NCBI GenBank assembly: GCA_016932735.1
Contig: JAFGCI010000001.1
Span: 132,183-196,182 of the forward strand
Length of the DNA: 64,000 nt
Direction of reading: 5' to 3'
Source of the DNA: Candidatus Aenigmatarchaeota archaeon
GTDB taxonomy: Archaea > Aenigmatarchaeota > Aenigmatarchaeia > QMZP01 > QMZT01
Positions 55,124 through 63,242 of the stretch are shown piece after piece; position 1 is the stretch's first letter, and each line of letters opens with the position of its first letter. The notes under the pieces were generated by a model. That model was given only the letters and a program-made list of their open reading frames with translations. It was not told the DNA's origin and did not search any database. The position numbers were made by a program, and so were the translations under genes.

Positions 55124-55320
55124 TTATAAATGTTTTCTACTAAAAAGTAAACTATGATTGCAAACCAGTGGAACTATAGCTTTGAATTTTATTTCAGCTT
55201 TTATAGCTGTTAAGCTGTTCCATTGGCCCTTTGCTCACCTTCTTCTTGACAAATAACTGAAAGCGAGTTATATTGATTCAGGATTTCGGTGAGCGAAAGC
55301 TATAGAAAAGGAGGATTGAG
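55124..55320 (+). promoter_or_regulatory. Leader unit copy 2: TATA, uORF, structured RNA, GGAGG SD
   Basis: TTATAAATGTT 55124. Stems CCAGTGGAAC 55165-55174 / GTTCCATTGG 55217-55226, GCTCACC 55233-55239 / GGTGAGC 55288-55294, ATAACT 55253-55258 / AGTTAT 55266-55271. AAAGCTATAG 55296, GGAGG 55310. Confidence 0.75.
55154..55213 (+). CDS. Putative aromatic-rich leader peptide MIANQWNYSFEFYFSFYSC
   Basis: ATG 30 nt from the start of the TATA box. 8 of 19 residues are Phe/Tyr/Trp. Confidence 0.55.
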   Translation: MIANQWNYSFEFYFSFYSC

Positions 55321-55644
55321 ATGCCGGAAGAAAAAAATACAATGACAATAGAACTCGAAGATGGAACAAAGATTGTCATAGAAGGTAATGGAAAACCTGA
55401 AACTTACAGGATTCGTGATACTGACTTCATGATAGGTTTTGTATGGAGAAGTGCCGGTAAGGGGACCAGAATGAGTAGCTTGTCTCCTGTTCCGGGAATA
55501 GGAAAATATCCCCATGGAATAGAAGCAGGTACTGTTAAAAAATCATACAGATCCAGAATCTGTAATTTCAGCGGAACTTACGCAAATACTGTTTTCGAGA
55601 GTGGTGTACCTATATCTATTCTGGTATCATATGAACAGAGATGA
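55321..55644 (+). CDS. Small hypothetical protein, paralog of 54867..55121
   Basis: GGAGG SD, shared motifs as above. Confidence 0.75.
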   Translation: MPEEKNTMTIELEDGTKIVIEGNGKPETYRIRDTDFMIGFVWRSAGKGTRMSSLSPVPGIGKYPHGIEAGTVKKSYRSRICNFSGTYANTVFESGVPISILVSYEQR

Positions 55645-55844
55645 TTAATATGGACGATTCCAAAAAATCAGACCTCTCAACGATTGGAGGAGAAGCAGGT
55701 TACAGGGCATTAACAGCATATATGAAAGAAGTTTGCAGTAGACTGAACCAGAGCACGGGGGCTGAATACGATAATCTGGTTTATAGACTGACAGGAAAAA
55801 CCGCTGCCCAGAGAGCTAAAGAAAGAGAAGAGAATCATAAATGA
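55641..55844 (+). CDS. Small helical hypothetical protein
   Basis: ATGA overlap with the upstream ORF suggests translational coupling. Confidence 0.5.
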   Translation: MINMDDSKKSDLSTIGGEAGYRALTAYMKEVCSRLNQSTGAEYDNLVYRLTGKTAAQRAKEREENHK

Positions 55845-55927
55845 CATTTAACAATTTTCGGTTTTTTCCTTATAAAAACGTTAGCGGTTTATAAAGGTTT
55901 AGCTAATTCTAAATTGAGGTGGTTTGA

Positions 55928-56461
55928 ATGAATGTAAAGATTATCGTGCTCATAATCCTGTTGGTTTTTGTGACAGCAGTGGGAGCATCTGCAACAATAA
56001 AATTAGAATCTGAAAAGCAGATAGGAGGAGAAAAGGACGAGCATGGCTGCCTTGTCCCGGCAGGTTATTCTTGGGACGAAGATGTTGGTGCATGTATAAG
56101 GGGCTGGGAACTTGATGAGGACCAGAAAAGAGCAGCTAAAGCAGCAATTGAATATCTGGATTCGGAAAAAATATCGACGATAACTGAAGTAGCAGTTTTA
56201 AGATGTCCCGGCTGCTTCGATGTAAAGCTGGAACAAGGTGAAGATAGAGATCTTCTAAGCGTCAAAATAACTGATTGGAGTGCTTCAGGAAAGACCGTCC
56301 TGCGTCATACATGTAAACCAGAAGAAAGGAGCGCAATTATATGCACAATGGAATACAATCCTGTATGCGGCTTTAAGGAAGACGGAACTTCATCAACATA
56401 CGGAAATGGATGTGGTGCATGTTCAGACGGAGTCGTTTACTGGGAATCGGGAGAATGTTAG
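55928..56461 (+). CDS. Secreted Cys-rich protein with C-terminal Kazal-like domain
   Basis: Signal peptide, IGGEKDEHGCLVPAGYSW..C motif, ICTMEYNPVCG...TYGNGCGAC...GEC, GAGGTG SD. Confidence 0.8.
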   Translation: MNVKIIVLIILLVFVTAVGASATIKLESEKQIGGEKDEHGCLVPAGYSWDEDVGACIRGWELDEDQKRAAKAAIEYLDSEKISTITEVAVLRCPGCFDVKLEQGEDRDLLSVKITDWSASGKTVLRHTCKPEERSAIICTMEYNPVCGFKEDGTSSTYGNGCGACSDGVVYWESGEC

Positions 56462-56493
56462 AATGATTAACGGGGTTCCCCCACCCCTTACTT

Positions 56494-57087
56494 TTAGAAA
56501 GGAATTGCATCTTCTAAGCCCAGAAATCGATAGAAATCAACCTGATTTCCAAGGTCTATCGGTATTCTAAATAATCCGTTCTTTTCTAAGTCAGTTTGTA
56601 AGAATATGCTTCCTTCTTTACCCCATTTTGAACATATCACAAGGGGTTCTCCCGGTTCCTCTTTCAATCTTCTGCATAATCCCATATGGTTATAAGGTCC
56701 GGTTTTGGTGTAGTAATATGCAACAATAACATCATCATCTGGTTTTTCTACACGTTCAAAAATACGCTTACCGCTATTTGAATCTGCTGTAAGCATATTT
56801 TTTACCTTTCTTGGCGGTTCTCCAATGTATTTTGGCAGATTAAGCAAATCGAAAACGAAATCGCTTGGCGAGTAATCATTAAGAGGGTTATTATCCAACG
56901 TTTCATCTCTTAAAAGAGGGGCAACGCCATATACAGACATTTCATCGTATTTCTTTTTACAATTCCCATAGCCTCTTGAAATTTCTTTTGATAAATTCAA
57001 TAGTCTATTTCTTATAACATCATCATTTTCTCCACCAAACATGCTTAAGGTTGATATAAAAAGAAATAAAAACCTATATTTCACCAC
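56494..57087 (-). CDS. Hypothetical protein, possibly papain/NlpC-like fold
   Basis: VIVAYY...NHMGL...ICSKWG...IF...H-like...G..V.FYR pattern; start uncertain. Confidence 0.5.
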   Translation of the reverse strand: MVKYRFLFLFISTLSMFGGENDDVIRNRLLNLSKEISRGYGNCKKKYDEMSVYGVAPLLRDETLDNNPLNDYSPSDFVFDLLNLPKYIGEPPRKVKNMLTADSNSGKRIFERVEKPDDDVIVAYYYTKTGPYNHMGLCRRLKEEPGEPLVICSKWGKEGSIFLQTDLEKNGLFRIPIDLGNQVDFYRFLGLEDAIPF

Positions 57088-57183
57088 CAGAAAAGCATAT
57101 CGCTTCTATCTTATCCAAATATTTATATAAAACGCGGAATCAAGGTTATGTATAGCCTTCAAATACTGGCAGGTAGAGCTCAG

Positions 57184-58722
57184 ATGGCAGAAAACGACAG
57201 GAAACATAAGAAATACACATCAAAAGAAGAAGATATTGATTCTCTAGATAAAGAACAGGATAATGATGAATCAGTTAGAAAGGATTATCCGGTAAAAGAA
57301 GAAAGCGAATATGATAAAAGTATTCTTATAGAGCCTATTGAAGATAAAAAAGAGACAGACAAAAAAACGGCCAAAAAGAAAACTAACGGCTCTCCTATCC
57401 GTTCCGTCCTTAAAAAATCCATGATAGGCATGGAAGTCGAGATGTTCACTCTTGATGAGAATGGGAACATGGCCAATCTTGCCGACGTCCTGATAAAAGA
57501 GGTCAAAAAGAAATATCCCTTGGTCGGAACTGCGAAGGAAGCCGGCAGAAGCACGATAGAAATCAAGAGCTTCCCAAACGAGGCCATCAGCGATACCATG
57601 GAACACCTTCTTGAGGAAATGGAGAGCGTCCTCATATGCGCTGAAAAAGAGAATATAAGGCTTTTCCCGCTGGGAACATTTCCCGGCTCATTTACACCTG
57701 ATATGAGACAAGACACTCCTTATCTGCTCAAAGAGCAGATTTTTGGGAAAAACAGGTTCCTTATAGCAGGACGCTGTGTAGGCCTCCACATACATTATAC
57801 ACTTCCGTGGGGGGTATTTGACAGCAAGCAGAAAATCCTCAAGAGGCTTCATCGCTCAAAGAACCAGCAGACAATGGTTGGCAGCTACAATCTTCTTATT
57901 GCAATGGATCCGGCTCTGACAACATTCATGCAGTCCTCTCCCTTTTATCAGGGCAAATATATAGGCAAGGACTCGCGTGTTATTGTCTATAGGGGGGGTT
58001 CGGATTTTGATTATCCGCAGGGCCTTTATGCAAACTATTATGCATTCGGTGCTTTGCAGCCATACAAGCAGACGAACACGGATATGATTGACGTTATTTT
58101 CAGGAAATATGACGAATGGAAGAATATAATCCAGAAGATAGATATGAACCTGAGGGTCTTCTCAAAACACGGTTCGATACTCGACACTACGTGGAATCCT
58201 GTAAAGGTCAATGCCGTCGGGACACTTGAGCAGAGAGGGATGGATACAAACCATCCCATGTATATGACGGCAGCGGGAGCCCTGATAAAATATATCCTGC
58301 GATATGTAGAGGATGAAAACATTAATGTCATTCCTTCGGATATCGGTGTTGCAGAGCCATTCAAGCTGGAAGGTAACGTAATGTACATACCTCCACATAC
58401 CCATGTGAGAAAGAATCTCCAGAGGAACGCCGCTTATGACGGTCTTGACAACAGGGAGGTTTACGATTACTGCAAAATACTGCTTAAGCTTGCATCCCAA
58501 TGCATTCCCAAAGATAAGGAAGTCCTTCTGGACCCTTTCAGGAAGATAATAGATGAGAAGAAAACAGTATCCGACGAAATCATTGAATTAGCCAAAAAGA
58601 AGGGAGCGGATCTCAAAGAAACGCTCCCGAAAAGCATCGTGACTGAGATAGCATTGGAGCATTCCGGACGCCTGTTCAAGGAGATTGTGCTTACAAAGAA
58701 GATGCTCCATGACCTGAAGTGA
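57184..58722 (+). CDS. Glutamate--cysteine ligase family 2 (YbdK-like carboxylate-amine ligase) with charged N-terminal extension
   Basis: IGMEVEMF, KE....IE, LGTFP, GLHIHY, SSPFYQG...DSR, GTLEQRGMD. Confidence 0.85.
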   Translation: MAENDRKHKKYTSKEEDIDSLDKEQDNDESVRKDYPVKEESEYDKSILIEPIEDKKETDKKTAKKKTNGSPIRSVLKKSMIGMEVEMFTLDENGNMANLADVLIKEVKKKYPLVGTAKEAGRSTIEIKSFPNEAISDTMEHLLEEMESVLICAEKENIRLFPLGTFPGSFTPDMRQDTPYLLKEQIFGKNRFLIAGRCVGLHIHYTLPWGVFDSKQKILKRLHRSKNQQTMVGSYNLLIAMDPALTTFMQSSPFYQGKYIGKDSRVIVYRGGSDFDYPQGLYANYYAFGALQPYKQTNTDMIDVIFRKYDEWKNIIQKIDMNLRVFSKHGSILDTTWNPVKVNAVGTLEQRGMDTNHPMYMTAAGALIKYILRYVEDENINVIPSDIGVAEPFKLEGNVMYIPPHTHVRKNLQRNAAYDGLDNREVYDYCKILLKLASQCIPKDKEVLLDPFRKIIDEKKTVSDEIIELAKKKGADLKETLPKSIVTEIALEHSGRLFKEIVLTKKMLHDLK

Positions 58723-58723
58723 T

Positions 58724-59956
58724 ATGATGGTTCTCGGCATCGGTGAAAAATACAATAATACCCTTCTCAAAAATCCGGACCTTTCTGAAAAGACGTTCAG
58801 CTATATCAGAAAAGAATATGAAAGAAACAAAATTATGATGGGTAACAGGTTACTTCCATTTTTTCTGACACCGAATTTTATTTCTGAATCCCGAGACAAT
58901 CTAATCATGCAAAGCTCTGAAAGGATGGCTGGGATACTTGAAAAAATAGGAAAAAATATTCTGAGGAAAAGCCATGAATCCAGATTGAATGTGATAAACA
59001 GGATGGATTTCTTCTTCCATGAAGGAAAAATAAAATTCATAGAATTTAATGCGGACAGCCCCTCCGGTGCCGGAAGGCTTGATATAATCAATAAAATTTT
59101 TTCAGAAATCCCGATAATTTCCGGAATAAAAGAAAATAAAGAGATGAGAGAATCCCTTCTGGAAGCTCTTTTCAACTCTTACAAAGAATGGGGAGGAAAA
59201 AAAGAAAAACCGACCATAGCGCTAATAGATTGGAAGGGTGTCAAGACAATATCTGACCAGAAACTTATTGCACAATATTTCAATGGGAGGGGATTCAGAA
59301 CAATCCTTGCGGACCCCAGAGAACTGAAATATAAAAAAGGGAAAATGTTCTCAGGAGAAACGGAGATAGACATTCTCTACAAGCGTGTTATAATAAAAGA
59401 GCTTCTCGATAAGAAAGAAGAATGCAGAGACCTTTTTTCCGCGATTTCAGATAATTCAATTTTCATTTCCAACCCCCTTGAATCGGGAATTCTGGGCGAG
59501 AAGAAACTCATTTCAAGGATGGCCTCCGGAGAATTTGACAAAATTCTGACGGAAGACGAAAAAAGTTTCCTAAGAGAGTATCTGCCTTGGTCAAAAGAGG
59601 TTAACGTTAATCTCAAAGAGAAAATCATTTCGGAAAAAAACAAGCTGGTTCTTAAACCGGATGAAGGCTATGGCGGAGAAGGAGTCAAAATCGGAAAGTT
59701 CCTTTCAGAAGAAGAATGGAAGAAAGCAGTTGATATATCTATTTCAGATAGCGGTTGGACTGTGCAGGAGTACATAGATGTACCGGCAATAAAAATCTTT
59801 GATAAGGGAAAAATCACAAAGAAATTCATGAGTATGTCATCGTTTGTTTTCGGCGGAAAATATGCGGGATGCATGACACGTGTCTCCGATGATCCTGTCG
59901 TCAATACCAGCAAAGGTGGAGGAATAATACCGACGTTCGTTTTAAAGAAGGGTTGA
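58724..59956 (+). CDS. Circularly permuted ATP-grasp ligase
   Basis: N-terminal RMDFF...KFIEFNADSPSG, DILYKR, LVLKPDEGYGGEGVKIG, VQEY, TRVS..PVVN..GGG. Confidence 0.85.
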   Translation: MMVLGIGEKYNNTLLKNPDLSEKTFSYIRKEYERNKIMMGNRLLPFFLTPNFISESRDNLIMQSSERMAGILEKIGKNILRKSHESRLNVINRMDFFFHEGKIKFIEFNADSPSGAGRLDIINKIFSEIPIISGIKENKEMRESLLEALFNSYKEWGGKKEKPTIALIDWKGVKTISDQKLIAQYFNGRGFRTILADPRELKYKKGKMFSGETEIDILYKRVIIKELLDKKEECRDLFSAISDNSIFISNPLESGILGEKKLISRMASGEFDKILTEDEKSFLREYLPWSKEVNVNLKEKIISEKNKLVLKPDEGYGGEGVKIGKFLSEEEWKKAVDISISDSGWTVQEYIDVPAIKIFDKGKITKKFMSMSSFVFGGKYAGCMTRVSDDPVVNTSKGGGIIPTFVLKKG

Positions 59957-59978
59957 CAATATTTCAATGAGTGGTGCA

Positions 59979-60701
59979 ATGATAATCGATTTTCATACGC
60001 ACATAGGACACAGCCACGACGGCTCCGAACAGACAATACCAGAACTTGAATCGAATATGAAAAAGCTGGGGATTGACAAATCTGTTGTTTTCAGCATTGA
60101 CGATAAAGACATGTCGAGGGAAGAACTTAGCTTCAAAATAATGGAAGACGTGAGGGGCGATGACTCATTGATACCTTTCTTCAGGTTTGACCCGAAAAAA
60201 ATGAAAGCTGAGAATCTGGAGAGAATCCTGAAAGATTTCCACGGAGTCAAGCTTCATTCGAGAGCGGAGGATTTTAATCCGCTGGATAAAAAGTTCTTTC
60301 CTCTTTACGAAGCCATTGAGAAATCGGGAAAGCCTCTTCTGTTCCATACAAAGAAATACCATCTGAAGCAGACAGACCCCGCGGAAATTGTAAGGATTGC
60401 GGAAGAATTCCCTAAGTTAAAGCTGGTTCTTGCCCATTTTGCAGGCTCGCAGCCACTCGTTTTTAACTATGTTGAAAAGAACGGGCTTGGCAATGTATAT
60501 TTCGACACTTCGGTGAATTGCACGCAGTTCTACATAAGAAGCATAGGCGAAAAACTGGGCTTTGACAGGATACTGTTCGGCTCCGACTGCCCCTACTCGG
60601 ACCAGGAAGTGGAGCTTCTGAAAATAAAGAAACTGGAAATCGGCGACGATGACAAAAACAAAATTCTGGGGCTCAATGCAAAGAAATTACTTAATTTGTA
60701 G
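59979..60701 (+). CDS. Amidohydrolase_2 family metal-dependent hydrolase
   Basis: IIDFHTHIG, GVKLH, LLFHT, LVLAHF, YFDTS, ILFGSDCP, ILGLNAKKLL. Confidence 0.92.
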   Translation: MIIDFHTHIGHSHDGSEQTIPELESNMKKLGIDKSVVFSIDDKDMSREELSFKIMEDVRGDDSLIPFFRFDPKKMKAENLERILKDFHGVKLHSRAEDFNPLDKKFFPLYEAIEKSGKPLLFHTKKYHLKQTDPAEIVRIAEEFPKLKLVLAHFAGSQPLVFNYVEKNGLGNVYFDTSVNCTQFYIRSIGEKLGFDRILFGSDCPYSDQEVELLKIKKLEIGDDDKNKILGLNAKKLLNL

Positions 60702-60790
60702 AACATCTATTCGTTACCTATTAATAGAACCAAAGCCAATTATTAACTAAGCCCGTGCTATGCGTTTTACTTTGGGTTTGTTTTTATGGA

Positions 60791-61858
60791 GTGATATTTC
60801 TGGAGCCGCTGAAAAAAATCGGGACGTGCAGGTTGACGCGCGGAAAACTGCGGCATGGGCACATTCCTGTAAAGGGAGGATATCAGATACCCGTTTCCAT
60901 AATGAAAGGAAAAAATGAGGGAAAGATGTGCTTCATTTCCGGCGGGATACATGGCGATGAGATAAACGGAATAAACCTCGTCCAGATGATAATGAAGTCT
61001 CTTGACCCCGAAAAAATCAACGGCACCATAATATTCATCCCCATTGTAAACATAGAGGGTTTTCATGAGAAAAGCCACAAGTTTACCAGGGATTCAAAAG
61101 ACATAAACAGGTGCTTCGCCAAAAGATGCAGGAGCACTTCATATTTTATTGCAAAGACTTTCATGAAAGAGATAGTCGAGAGATGTGATTTCGGGATAGA
61201 CTGCCACGACTGCGGCGAGAAGAACGTGCTTCTGCCGCATTCAAGAGTTCATGACAGCCCTTACATTGATACGGGCGAGGGAGATACAATATCCCTCGGC
61301 AGGCTTTTCGGCACCAGGATAATACTCAAGAGGGAAGGCGAAAGGGGGATGCTTGCCGTTGAAGCGGCACGGAAGTCGAAGAAACAGATTTTAACAGTTG
61401 AAATAGGGGGTGGCCTCGTCTTCTGGAACGAGTTCCTTAATGATGCCCTGACGGGAATACAAAATATATTGATACACCACGGCTTTATGCAGGGGAAAAT
61501 AAAGCTTCCCCGTGAGCAATATATACTTGAGGATCTGGACAGGTTCCGTCACAGAGCGCGTACAGAGGGCTTGCTCTATAAGAAAGTCAATCTTGGTGAC
61601 AGGGTGCATAAAGGCGATGTCATCGCAGTTATCCATAATCCTATAACCAGGAGAAAGAAAGAAATAATATCAAAGCACTGCGGCTTTGTCTTCTCGCTGA
61701 AAATGCAGGACAAGATAAACAAAGGCGAGTCAATAGCTTCAATACTCCAGAGCAACGATTGCACGCGCCATGGAACAAAGAAACAGAGAGGCCTTACCCT
61801 CATAAGAAACTATCCAAATTTATGGGATTTTGCTCCAAAGAAAGAAGAAGTCAGTTAG
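60791..61858 (+). CDS. Succinylglutamate desuccinylase/aspartoacylase (M14) family hydrolase
   Basis: GGIHGDEING, PIVN, DINRCF, IDCH, TVEIGG, C-terminal lipoyl-like hairpin; start uncertain. Confidence 0.92.
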   Translation: MIFLEPLKKIGTCRLTRGKLRHGHIPVKGGYQIPVSIMKGKNEGKMCFISGGIHGDEINGINLVQMIMKSLDPEKINGTIIFIPIVNIEGFHEKSHKFTRDSKDINRCFAKRCRSTSYFIAKTFMKEIVERCDFGIDCHDCGEKNVLLPHSRVHDSPYIDTGEGDTISLGRLFGTRIILKREGERGMLAVEAARKSKKQILTVEIGGGLVFWNEFLNDALTGIQNILIHHGFMQGKIKLPREQYILEDLDRFRHRARTEGLLYKKVNLGDRVHKGDVIAVIHNPITRRKKEIISKHCGFVFSLKMQDKINKGESIASILQSNDCTRHGTKKQRGLTLIRNYPNLWDFAPKKEEVS

Positions 61859-62918
61859 CCTTTTTCAGGCCTTCGATTTTCATCTTTAGCTCAATTATCT
61901 TTCTCTCATAATCGTCTGCGAGTTTCTTGAAATTTTCTTCTGTTATCTCATTTTTATAGAATTTCTTTTCGGCCATGTCCCTTGCCATGCGAAGCTTTTC
62001 AATATCGAATTGCAGGTTTTTTATTGTAGCTTCTGTGTCTTTTTCATCGGGCTTAATATTTGATTTGAGATTGCTTATTTCCTTGATAAGCTTTTGTTTG
62101 TTCTTTATGCTCTTCAATTCCAGAGCCTCGAGAGCTTCTTCAATATCGGTCTGCGTCTCCTCCCTTTCGAGCTGTATTTCGGTTTCCCTTCTTATCCTTT
62201 CATTCTCCATCTCGGAAATGGCAGCCTCCCTGTCAAGTTCCCTTGAAGACACTTCCTCCGCCTTCTTGAGCTTCCGGGATATGATGGCATCTGCATCAGC
62301 TTTCTGCATCTCGCTGCCAACCTTTTCTATTTCCTGCTGGTTCTCATAAGAAAACGCGGGATTGAAGACCAGCGAAAGGAGTGTAATACCTATACTCCTT
62401 AAAGAATCTCCCATTTTTCGGAAGGCCTCGCTTTCAATTGTTTTCTGTACATCCGGAATGTCCGACAGGCCGATAAGAGAGCGTTTCGATACGACGGGAC
62501 CTATAACCTTTGATACCAGTTCCTCCTTTATATCTGACCATAAATCTTCCAGAAGAACGGCATTTCTGGTCCGCATGAAATGACCCATGAATGAATTGAA
62601 GCCTGTTATCTGAAGCTTTATCACGACGGTGGCGTGTATCATGTTCTTATCATTCGTCCATAGATCGACGACTGGCCTCTGCATTCTTTTTTCTGATTTG
62701 TCGAACAAAATCACATTTACCTGCCCCTTTCCCAGCAATCCGCCTATTTTGCAGTTCCTGTTTTCGGCTTCCTCTATTATGTTCCCGTCTTTTTCAATGA
62801 AAGCGTGTTCATGCTCCCCTATGTGTATTTTCTTTAAAAAGAAGCCTCTGACCTCATGATTGCTGAGCCTCTGGGCAATAACAGAATCGGAGCGTACCCA
62901 TTTCATTGTTTTCCCCAT
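61851..62918 (-). CDS. SPFH/band-7-like protein with C-terminal coiled coil
   Basis: IHIGEHEHAFIEKDG, LWTND...HATVVIKLQIT, IGITL, long E/K heptads, terminal KNEITEENF (SHOCT-like). Confidence 0.65.
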   Translation of the reverse strand: MGKTMKWVRSDSVIAQRLSNHEVRGFFLKKIHIGEHEHAFIEKDGNIIEEAENRNCKIGGLLGKGQVNVILFDKSEKRMQRPVVDLWTNDKNMIHATVVIKLQITGFNSFMGHFMRTRNAVLLEDLWSDIKEELVSKVIGPVVSKRSLIGLSDIPDVQKTIESEAFRKMGDSLRSIGITLLSLVFNPAFSYENQQEIEKVGSEMQKADADAIISRKLKKAEEVSSRELDREAAISEMENERIRRETEIQLEREETQTDIEEALEALELKSIKNKQKLIKEISNLKSNIKPDEKDTEATIKNLQFDIEKLRMARDMAEKKFYKNEITEENFKKLADDYERKIIELKMKIEGLKKAN

Positions 62919-63242
62919 TAAATATTTGCTTTAGATAGTTAATAAAAACAGTTAATATTGCAAATAAATAAGAATTCTGATAGCGGCATAATCAGAATTA
63001 TTGTTTATTGCATTATAGTAAATAATGATGAAAATAGAATTTAACACGTTGTAGTATCTCATTTATTCAAAACCAGATACCTCTGTTAAAGAATTATTTT
63101 CTGGAACAAAGGGAGTTTAAAAAGATTATCATTAATCTTCTATCAATTTCGTTCGTAAGAGCCATTAGTATCTCTAATGTCTCTGACGATTAAAATGTTT
63201 AAAGAATATATAAAAGGAGATTAAAGAGGGAGGTGTTATAGA

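Larger units (their letters stand above)
54762..55241 (+). repeat. 21-nt exact direct repeat CATTGGCCCTTTGCTCACCTT (54762-54782 and 55221-55241)
   Basis: Read directly from the sequence; core of the duplicated leader. Confidence 0.95.

Noticed and set aside
54762-55241. 21-nt direct repeat as CRISPR repeat, att site or IS end
   Set aside because: Only two copies 459 nt apart, each embedded in a larger shared promoter/leader architecture; no integrase, transposase or cas nearby
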